DNA of 64,000 nucleotides from Eledone cirrhosa. Taxonomy: Eukaryota. Location: NCBI GenBank assembly GCA_964016885.1, contig OZ024754.1:16678001-16742000 (forward strand), in the 5' to 3' direction. This document shows positions 52,577-64,000 of this stretch, in pieces. The notes beneath the pieces are model-generated. The model ran no database searches. It saw nothing but the letters and a program-made list of their open reading frames with translations, and was not told the DNA's origin. The translations under genes were made by a program, and so were the position numbers. Numbering within the stretch: the first letter of the stretch is position 1; every line of letters starts with the position of its first letter.

Positions 52577-54780
52577 CAATAAACTGAGTCCAGATGCATC
52601 ACTGATTTTTCGTTTTATATTATATATATATATATATATACGTATATATATTACTTTCCACAACAATTGTCTGTCAAATATTACTAGTTGCACCTGATAG
52701 GCACACAAGTTCCCATCCCAACATACATCTATTAATAAATTATTTTACATAATGTTCTAAACTCCAGCTCAATTCTAACTCAAGAAAGTAGGTTAAATTA
52801 ATAAATATCTCAAACTTCTTGATTATTTTCAAAATGATTTGAAAACCACAGGCAGCATCTGTTATTAGAAACATAGTAATGGAAGGAATTAGTTATGTCC
52901 CTACTCTATAGTTACTATTATATTTTCACAGTAAAGGCTTTACCTTACATAATTATCTCACATAATATCGAATCTAAGATTTTGATATTATTTATTTTGA
53001 GAACAATACCATAACGTCAGTATGAGTGGCCAGTTACAGCCAGTTTGAACAGAAAGAGGTGAAAGAATTTTGGTCAGATATAGCCAGTTTAAATGCTAAA
53101 GGTTAATGAAGATTTAATGGAGGGATTTTACTAAAGTTATTAAATATTGTATCATTATGGTAGTAACCTAATATATAGTTCTTATATTTATAGTTAAACA
53201 GGGTTATAGGAAGGAATATTCACTATATCTCCAGTTACTTTCATTACTCACTCAACGAGGCAAGATTTGAACATATAACCATGTGAAGCGATACCCAGAG
53301 TACTTACAATATGTTATTCATAATGAGGATGGTTGCACGTGGATGTCTTGGATCAATAGATCTAATGGTTTCTGCAAGTATAGACTGATCTGATAAGTGC
53401 ATCTGTAAATTGTTTTTCATAAGGTGTATTAGCCATTTTCTATATTGCTTCATTGGTGGAATGGCCTCTTGATAGCAAGAGAAGACCAAAGGGTCAACCG
53501 ACCTTTCACATTAATAATTACTATTACATAAGCAAGAGAGACAGTCAGCAACATGTGACAACGATAGATTCGACCATCGTTAGGAGCAGTTCTTAATATA
53601 AAATTATGCTAGAAGATTTTTATTTTTTAAAGTTGGTATCAAAAGAATTAATGCGACATAAATAATTTCAGGTGGCAAATTGGCAAAGCTGTTAGACTAT
53701 TGGATAAATTGCTTTGCTGATGTATTAATTCTGGTTGACTGTACCCTTTGATTTCAAATCCTGCCAAGATCAACTTTGTCTTTTATCTTTTCAAGTTTGC
53801 TAAAAGAAGTACCACTAGTGTTGATTCCTTCTCTGTATCTTTTTCTCACTTTCCCCCCTCTCTCCTTCCCTGGATAAAATCTGCTGTGTTCAGACCTGAA
53901 GAGTGGTTGGGTTCTACCAGATTAAAAATGCCTTTATGTATCCCTACGAGTTAGGTGTCCACACATACAAATAATTTGAAAGGCTCTGCTTGCACTAACA
54001 CCTTTTTTGCTATAAAATCAAATTCGAAAAATTCCAGCTAGCACCTGTTGAAGGGAATGTCCCATTGTGTAAGCTATACAAAGATATTTATAATATTTAC
54101 ATATCAGGTATTAGTTCTAGATCAGATTAACCGTTCAGGAAAAAGAATTACATAACAAATGCTACATTCTTATAAATGATTGGTAAATTTAAGAATATAA
54201 GATGTTTTCATTGCTGCCTAAAACTTTTACTGCACTGAATGAACAATTCCCATGTAGTGTTTTATTTTTTTTAAGCACCCAAGCATATGAGGAATCAAAA
54301 ACAGATCAGCATGCTGTTTTCTTTCTTCTTCCTACCTCACCTGGATTGTTGATTTGCATGAACTCATCTCTCTAAACCATTTTTTGGAGAGAGAGAATCA
54401 AGGAAATGTAAAGTAGGAATGTGTGTGGGGTTTTTTTTCCGTACTTTTACTCATAATGTTATAATATATATATATATATATCATCATCATTTCATTTTAC
54501 GTCCGCTTTTTCCCTGCTTGCAAGGGTGGGACGGGAACTGATTCTGGCTTGATTTCTACAGCTGGATGCCCTTCCTAACACCAACCTCATTTACAGTGAG
54601 TGCTGGGTGCTTTTTTGCCGTGGCACCTCCATGTCCACTTTGCAGTGGAATGATAGGGACTGGGGTCCCTATCATCTCATTTCTACAGCTGAGTAAATAT
54701 ATAGTAAGTATATATATATAGATATATAGATATATATATATATATTTGTATATATATATATATATGTGTATATATATATA

Positions 54781-54985
54781 TGAAAAGATAGCAAGGACGA
54801 TTGGTTACTCCTTCATTACATTTATTGATAGGGTTAATAAATGTAATGAAGGAGTAATCAATCGTCCTTGTATTCTTTCGATATATTACACTCTATATAG
54901 CTCTACACCTCAACACAGAAGTGAACCTAAACATCGAGTGCTCACCTGGGTGAACCTGCAGTAACTCCAAGTTACACTCCCTAGA
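54781..54985. mobile_element. Short fold-back module inside (TA)n
   Basis: CAAGGACGATTGGTTACTCCTTCATTACATTTATT pairs with AATAAATGTAATGAAGGAGTAATCAATCGTCCTTG (54792-54870). Confidence 0.75.
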
Positions 54986-55362
54986 TATATATGTATATAT
55001 ATATACATCCATACATACATACATACATATATACATACATATATACATATATACATACATACATATATACATACATATATATATATATATATATAGTTAA
55101 ACAAATAAAACAAACACAGGGATGAAAAAACACAGTCTTAGTAGGATCATGCTTAGAAGGAAGTATATATATGTATATACATATGTGTACATGTATATAC
55201 ATATGTATACATGTATATACATATGTATATACATATGTGTATATGTATGTACATATGTATATTAAAATATGTATATACATATATACATACATATATATAT
55301 ATATACATACATACATATATACATACATACATACATATATATATATATACATACATATATAT

Positions 55363-55445
<83 letters not shown>

Positions 55446-55546
55446 CACACATATATACATATATATATACATATATATATATACACACATATATACATAT
55501 ATATATACATACATATATATATATACATACACACATATATATATAC

Positions 55547-55580
<34 letters not shown>

Positions 55581-55598
55581 ACATACATATATATATAT

Positions 55599-55658
<60 letters not shown>

Positions 55659-55855
55659 ATATATATATATGTATGTATATATGTATATATGTATGTATAT
55701 ATATATATATGTATGTATATATGTATATATATATGTATATATGTATATATATATATGTATATATATGTATATATGTATATATATATCTATGTATATATGT
55801 ATATATATATATGTATATATGTATATATATATATGTATATATATGTATATATGTA

Positions 55856-55928
<73 letters not shown>

Positions 55929-55932
55929 CTAT

Positions 55933-56794
55933 AACACTATTAGCCGCTAAAGGGTTCTCCCTAAAAATGAAAGGCAGGCTGTACGATGCCTGCATACGAA
56001 CAGCAATGTTGCATGGCAGTGAGACCTGGGCATTGTGTGCAGAGGATATACGCAGACTAGAGAGAAACGAAACTTGCATGCTCCGCTGGATGTGTAATAG
56101 TAATATACGTGAACGGCAAAGCATAAGCGAACTAAGGAAAAAATTAGAAATAAGAGGGATCAGATGTTGTTTACTCGAGAGAAGGCTACGTTGGTATGGT
56201 CACGTGATGCGCATGAAGGACGATAGCTGTATAACAAAGTGCAGGGCAATAAAGATAGACGGTAGCCACGGAACAGGCAGACCCAGAAAAACCTGGGACG
56301 AGCTGATAAATTCCGACCTCACACACTTACACCTCACCAAGACAATGTCACTGGACCGAGACCTTTGGCGGTACTCAGTAATAGAGAAGACCCGCCTTAC
56401 CTAAATACAAAGTAAAACCTACTACAGTCAGTAGGCATCTCTAACAAAATACACCCCCGTCCCACCACCCCCACCCCATCCACACCGCCCCTTTCAATGT
56501 AAAGTTATGTTGGTGCCACAACATCCAGGCCGAAACAAATGAGATCGTGTAGGTGTCACGACAAAAAAACACACAGTCCACACTGTAATGTGGCCGTGTA
56601 GGCAACACGGTAAAAACCTCCCAGACCCACACTGTAAACGTGGTTGGTGTTAGGAAGGGCATCCAACTGTAGAAAACCTGCCAGACAGTCCTATGCGAGC
56701 AAGACAATCACTCTTGCCTCAAGTGGGGCTACCCCCGTCCAAACCCATGCAAGCGTGGAGCACGGACGTTAAACGTTGATGATGATGATGATGA
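55933..56794 (+). mobile_element. RTE LINE 3' fragment with intact C-terminus, 3' UTR and (ATG)n tail
   Basis: [20 protein letters not shown]...[12 protein letters not shown]...GRPRKTW; stop at 56404. Confidence 0.95.
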
Positions 56795-57087
56795 TATATA
56801 TATGTATAGACATATATATATGTATATACATATGTATATGTGTATATTTATATACATATGTATATATGTATATACATATGTGTATATGTATATACATATA
56901 TATATACATATGTATATATATATATGTATATGTATATACATATATGTATATGTATATACATATATATATATATATATGTATATGTATATACATATGTGCA
57001 TATGTATATATATATGTATATGTATATACATTTGTATATATATATATATATATATATACATATGTATATATATATATATGTATATAC

Positions 57088-57120
<33 letters not shown>

Positions 57121-57132
57121 CATATATATACT

Positions 57133-59506
57133 TATCATCATCATCATCATTTTACGTCCGCTTTTCCCTGCTTGCAAGGGTGGGACGGGTCTTATTCAGC
57201 ACAGCATCTCTCCACTCGTCACGGTCCTTCGTCATCTCCACCGTGAGCTTCAATGATCTGAGGTCTGTTCTCACCACCTCCGCCCATGTTTTTCGTGGTC
57301 TACCTCTACCACGTCTCCTTCAACTGGCATTTCCTGGCACTTCTTCACCCATCGGTCATCCTCCATGGGCATTACATGCCCATACCACCTCAGTCTTCTC
57401 TCCCATACACTACATTCTATCCCTCTCAGACACAGTTTCTCTCTCAACACATTTATGCTGGGTCGTTCACGCACATTTACACTGCACATCCAACGGAGCA
57501 TGCTTGCCTCATTTCTCTCCAGCCGTCGCATATCCTCTGCAGTTGCTGCCCATCGCGCTCCTCACACAGGCATCATACAACCGGCCTTTCGTACGCAGGG
57601 AGAAACCCTTCTTCGTCAACAGAGGAAGCAGCTCCCTAAACTTCTTCCAAGCCGTCCTTATTCTAGATACTATGGTTTCGGAACACCCTCCTCCCATGCT
57701 AATCTGATCTCCTAGGTACCGGAAGCTATCCACCACTTCTATAGCGCCCTCTTGCATTTGAAAAATGTGTCTATCAGTGCGACTTCTACTGTCTAATTTC
57801 CCTGTACATCTACTGCATACATATTTCTCCCTACCTGTTAGTTTGCCTGCTATCCCGCTACATCTCTTGTGTACCCAGGATCTGCATTGTGTGCATTTTA
57901 TAGAATTCATGTCAGTTCCTTTTCTGCATATCGAATATGGCCATTTCCCTGACGGAATCAGGGTTTTGTCCTCTTTTCTACTCATCAACACTTTTGTCTT
58001 AGCTAGATTCACTCTCAGTCTTCTTGCTTCCAACTGCTGTTTCCATAGCCAGAATTTATTCTCTAGCTCCTCTACTGATTCTGCTATAAGAACCAGATCG
58101 TCAGCATAGAGAAGTTCCCATGGACAGCCAGTCTTAAACTCCTCTGTTATGGCTTGGAGGACTATAATGAACAAGAGCGGGCTGAGGACCGAACCCTGAT
58201 GTACTCCTACTTGTATCTGGAATTCCTCACTAAACTCCATTCCTACCCTGACTTTACTGAGAGTACCTCTGTACAAAGTTTGCACTGTCCTCACAAGCCA
58301 TTCCTCAACACCTAGCTTCCTTAGGGACCACCAGATGACAGATCGGGGTACCCTATCAAAGGCCTTCTTTAGGTCAACAAAGGCTAAGTATAATGGCTTA
58401 TTCTTCTCTAAGAACCTCTCTTGCATTTGTCTCACCAAGAAGAGGGCATCTGTTGTACTCTTCCCAGGCACAAAACCAAACTGCATCTCATCTAGTTTGA
58501 CCCTTTCTCTAATTAGTTGTGCTAAAATCCTTTCTGCCACTTTCATAACCTGATCTATCAGTTTTATACCCCTATAATTGCTCCTTTCCAAAGCATCCCC
58601 TTTACCTTTGTAGCAATTTATGAGAATACTGCTGCACCAGTCTTTGGGTATGACACCACCATATATAGCCTGATTGATGATGCGGGCAACCAGTTTAGTG
58701 CCTACGTCCCCTGATGCCTTCAGCATCTCAGCAACTATTCCCGATGGTCCAGCCGCCTTACCATTTTTCATTTCCCTAATCGCCTCTTGGACCCTATATT
58801 CGTCAATCTCAATAGCTGGTCCCTCTGTAATTCCCTCTTCAAGGGTAATTTCTCTCTCTCCCATTCGTTCTCCACATTCATCAGTCTCTCATAATGACAT
58901 TTCCAGGCCTCCTTTTTCGGATCATTCGTGACACTAAGTACACCGGCATCATCCCGGACACATTTATCTCCAACAACATCCTGATTTGCATTGACACACT
59001 GCCTTGCAATGTAGAACACCGCACGCCTCTGATCTTCCCGTCGCAGAACATTGGCAAACCTCCTACTCTCAGCCTCCCTGTGTGCTAAGTACACCTGACG
59101 TCTAGCTTCTCTCTTAGTGGCTGTATATTCTTCCCTACTCCCACCCTTTTTCCAAGCCTTCCATGCTAGTCTTTTGTCTCTAATGGCTCTATCTACTGTG
59201 CTGTTCCACCACCAGGTCACTCTCTGTCTGGTTGGAGCTCTGCTCCAGCCACAGGTTTCATCAGTAGCCTGCAGCAAGTTGTCACGTAAGAAATTCCAGT
59301 TATTATCTATGTCATACGTCTCTAAATCGTCTTCTTTTTCGTCATATACATCTTGAAGGGCTTTCCTAAATTTGTATTTTAGTGAAAGGTCTTTTAGCTT
59401 CCAGACCTTTCTTCTCCACACCTTCCTATATGTCTCATTCCATCTCTTGCTTAGTGAGATATCACTAACAACTAACCTATGCTGTGGGGTACATTCTTCC
59501 CCAGGG
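57133..59506 (-). mobile_element. 5'-truncated RTE-BovB-type LINE, second subfamily, frameshifted
   Basis: TWWWNS, KAAGPSG, NYRGIKL, AFVDLKKAFDRV, GVHQGS, YADD, Cys/His finger, RLRWYGHV. Confidence 0.96.
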
Positions 59507-59567
59507 TATATATATATATATATATATACTTATATATATATACTTATATATATATACATATATATAT

Positions 59568-59922
<355 letters not shown>

Positions 59923-59928
59923 TATATA

Positions 59929-60000
<72 letters not shown>

Positions 60001-60051
60001 TATCTATATATATATACACACACACATATATATATAGTTATATATATATAC

Positions 60052-60190
<139 letters not shown>

Positions 60191-60420
60191 TTTATCCTCC
60201 CCCACATTTAGTTTTTGAGAAAGAAACCAAAAAAGTGCTAAAAAACCACTCCATGGAAACAAATCTTCAAGACTGCAGTTTCTATGAAGTAGTAAATAAA
60301 AGCAATTAGAAGATTTAGTCTGATTAATCTTGACAATTGTCTAAAGATGTTTCTTGTCCTCTTTTACACTGACTTGTCTTAATGCTTCGCTCACCTTCTT
60401 ACTTTTTCTCATTTCTTCAT

Positions 60421-61800
60421 TATCACCACCACCACCATCACCACCATAATACCACCACTACCACCACTACCATAATCCCACCACTACCGCCACTACCATA
60501 ATCCCACCACCACTACCATCACCACCATAACCCCACCACCACTACCATCACTACCATCACTACCACCACCACTACCATCACCACCATAACCCCACCACCA
60601 CTACCATCACTACCATCACTACCATCACCACTACCATCACCACCATAACCCCACCACCACTACCATCACTACCACCACTACCATAACCCCACCACCACTA
60701 CCATCACCACCATAATCCCACTACCACTACCTTACTCTACCACCACTACCATCACTACCACCACTACCATCACCACCATAACCCCACCACCACTACCACC
60801 ACTACCACTACTACCACCACTACCATCACCACCATAACCCACCACCATAACCCCACCACCACTACCACCACTACCACCACTACCATCACTACCATCACCA
60901 CCATAACCCCACTACCACCACTACCATCACCACCATAATCACACCACTACCATCACTACACCATCACTACCATCAATAACATCACCACTACCATCACCAC
61001 CATAATCCCACCACCACTACCATCACCACCATAATACCACTACTACTGCCACTACCACCATAATCCCACCACCACTACCACCACTACCATCACCACCATA
61101 ACCCCACCACCACTACCATCACTACCACTACCATCACCACCATAATCCCACCACCACTACCATCACCACCATAATCCCACCACCACTACCATCACCACCA
61201 TAACCCCACCACCACTACCATCACTATCACTACCATCACCACCATAATCCCACCACCACTACCATCACCACCATAATCCCACCACCACTACCATCACTAC
61301 CACTACCATCACCACCATAATCCCACCACCACTACCATCACCACCATAATCCCACCACCACTACCATCACCACCATAACCCCACCACCACTACCATCACT
61401 ACCACTACCATCACCACCATAATCCCACCACCACTACCATCACCACCATAATCCCACCACCACTACCATCACCACCATAACCCCACCACCACTACCATCA
61501 CTATCACTACCATCACCACCATAATCCCACCACCACTACCATCACCACCATAATCCCACCACCACTACCATCACCACCGTAATCCTCACCACTACCACCA
61601 CCACCACTCCCCATCACCACTACCACCATCACATAACCATCACCACCATCATCCTCACAACTATCACCACCACTACCAACAATACCATAATCTTCACCAC
61701 TACCACCACTACCACCACTACCACCACTACCACCACTACCACCACTCCCACCCACACTCCTCATCATCATACCCCCCCTTCCTCCACCACCATCCAACAA
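60421..61800. repeat. Cryptic (ACC/ACT/ATC)n repeat with recurrent ~29-bp unit
   Basis: ACCACCATAATCCCACCACCACTACCATC recurs throughout; G is almost absent from the plus strand. Confidence 0.95.
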
Positions 61801-62449
61801 CGACATCAATATTATCTTATTCATTGATTTTACAGCTGTTGTAGAGTCTTTCAAAACAAAGAATTTCCCTCCAAAAGTCTTTCTTTTAACCCTTTAGCAT
61901 TTAAACCAGCCGTATCCGGCCAGAATTATCTCACGTCTTTCTGTTCAAACCGGCTGTAACTGGCCACTCATACTGATGTTAAGGTATTGTTTGCAAAATA
62001 AATAATATCAAAATCTCGTATATTCAATATTATGTGAGATAAAGCATTGGCTTTGCAATCGAAAGGTTGTGAGTTCAATTCTCAGACTGGGTTATGTGTT
62101 GTTTCCTTGAGCAAGACACTTTATTTCACATTGCTCCAGTTTACTCAGCTGTAGAAATGAGATGACAGGGACTGGGGTCCCTATCATTCCACTGTAAAGT
62201 GGTCGTGGAGGTGCCACGGCAAAAAAGCACTCAGCACCCACTGTAAATGAGGTTGGTGTTAGGAAGGGCATCCAGCTGTAGAAATCAAGCCAGAATCAGT
62301 TCCCGTCCCACCCTTGCAAGCAGGGATAAGCGGACGTAAAATGATGATGAAAGCCTTTACCATTAAAATACAATAGTATATATGTAGGAATCTCAAACAC
62401 TGAAGAAAGCAGCCAGCTGCTATTATGCTTAGCAAACATCGGGTTAAAA

Positions 62450-64000
62450 GTTCAAGATTGAAAGTATTCAAAACATAAATTTTGAAAACTTGATTCAGTG
62501 GAATGATATGTGATGGGGCGCCCCATGGCCCCAGTGGACAGTATGGAGAAGGCGTTTCCCCGGAGGACGGCAAGGGAGATGCGCTGGAAAAGCCACTCCA
62601 ACTTACGGGGCTCAGTGCCTATGGTGGTGAGTAGGGAGGTAGCCCTAGGGCCGAGGACACCAGAAGTCTCCACTGCCAAGGGTACAACCTCAAACCTGTC
62701 GGAGAGTGACCGTTATTTGAGGAGTTTGGCCTCCTCAGCCCGATGTACAGCAGAACCTGGGTTAGTCGCAGACTGCAACAGGTTGTGGCTGCAGAAAGTG
62801 TCGGTGCAAGTGGCATCCCAGACGAGGAGTTTGCCACCGCGGAATCGGGAAGATGGCCTTTTGCCGTCCCCTCTGTCCAGCCCCACCGGCTCGAGCTGTA
62901 AGGGAAGCCTGCAGCGTCCAAGCCATGCTTTATGACCTCGTTGATGGATGGCGGCTGGCACTGTGGTGACAGGAAAGCGGGTGGAGGCCGAAAGAGACCA
63001 CGGTGGATCTGCAGTGACATTGGTGTGGCTCGCAGATCCGGGGGCCGAGCCTCAAGGAAACGCCACTGCTCAGGCTATTGTTATCTAGCTGCGTGCCAGT
63101 GGAGAAGGAGGGCAGGGTATGGAGCCAGGCACCACTGTGGGGTTTGGAGGCTGCACGAAAACAGGCAAGGCGGTGCTGGTCGAGCTGGTGCGTGAGCCTG
63201 TCTGAGGCCAGGCTGCACTGGATGGCATCCCAAGTGCTTTGGGGGCACTTGACGTCAGCAAGGGGAGAAGGAGGAGGGGCGTCTACTAGGCTAAGTCCCA
63301 GCTGGTCCCACGTTTCACAGGCGGCCTCATATTCTCTGACAACAGAGGGTTCTATTGTGTTTTGAAGAACCCTGCTGATGAGGACGCGACATGAGGTTAC
63401 CGACGAAAGAAACGCCGGCAAAGCCAGTGAGATCGGGGACCGGAGGCCAAGGCCGTCAAACCTGACAGGTAAAGTTGGCTGTTGCCATCCAATGTCATCA
63501 AACTTGACGTTGCATATCTCCTTGGTTGCTGCTTGGATACAAGTATCTAGGTCAGCGAGGAGAGATGTGTGGGTGTAGCACGGAACGCTGCGAAGGGTAT
63601 AGAGGAGCTTCGGCATAGGTGAAGCAGTTCCTCAACAGAAAGAGAGCTGGGTGGCCGTCGATCAAGCCCAGTCGGCTCGTGAGGGTCTGGAGTTGTTGGA
63701 GCGGAGGCCGGCGGGTGGATCGGTGACCCAAGGATGAGGACATCCTCTTTGGGGGTCACCTGAACCTGGTGGAGAATGGACCGCACGTCTGAGACAGCGG
63801 CTGCAAAGCTCTCAGCATCGTGGCTGACATTCACCACCTCCGACTTGGACGAGTTGACCTGGAGGCCGATTCCCGCCAGGGCAGGAACCACCGATTGTAG
63901 GTCATAGCAGACAGTCTGTACGGGCCCGCCCAACATAGCATCATCCAGATACCAAACGTTGAGAGGGACCATGATACTCCGGGCGATGTGGTCTATACCA
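62450..64000 (-). mobile_element. CRE-clade non-LTR retrotransposon (RT plus Zn-knuckle/RLE), frameshifted, continues beyond the window
   Basis: VWYLDD, GLQVNSSKSE, PKLLYTLR, LPVRFDGLGLRS, SGAWL, LRLG, CHC..HPLSC, EPVGLDRGDGKRP, LVWDATCTDT, AVETSGVLG; markedly GC-rich. Confidence 0.88.

Noticed and set aside
61513-61854. Gly-rich protein ORF
   Set aside because: Reverse translation of the (ACC)n cryptic repeat.

Overview
AT-rich, repeat-saturated eukaryotic genomic DNA, intronic or intergenic, with one 200-N scaffold gap. The mix of long (TA)n/(CA)n tracts, RTE-BovB-type LINEs with (ATG)n tails and tRNA-derived SINEs is what I would expect from a cephalopod/octopus-like mollusc; this is inference, not a database result. 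There is no intact gene, and most listed ORFs are microsatellite read-through. Supported elements: a Helitron, hAT/Tc1-mariner/TTAA MITEs, a DD37D-type transposase pseudogene, about ten RTE fragments, one R4/Dong 3' end, one Penelope (GIY-YIG) 3' end, a GC-rich CRE-clade retrotransposon, SINEs, minisatellites and one good candidate host exon (38975-39217). The main hidden signal is a set of 200-600 bp non-coding modules, mostly inside (TA)n tracts and often folded back as inverted duplications. They carry type I hammerhead ribozyme folds: 9 motifs with recognisable cores from about 8 unrelated sequence families, a mirror copy on the opposite strand of one palindrome, and decayed remnants. These include U3-A8 covariant cores, A4/C4 variant cores, palindromic (dimer-type) stem III and very long stem II. 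One motif lies directly 3' of the Penelope ORF, which ties the set to Penelope pseudo-LTR/retrozyme biology. All folds were made by eye and none has been tested for cleavage.
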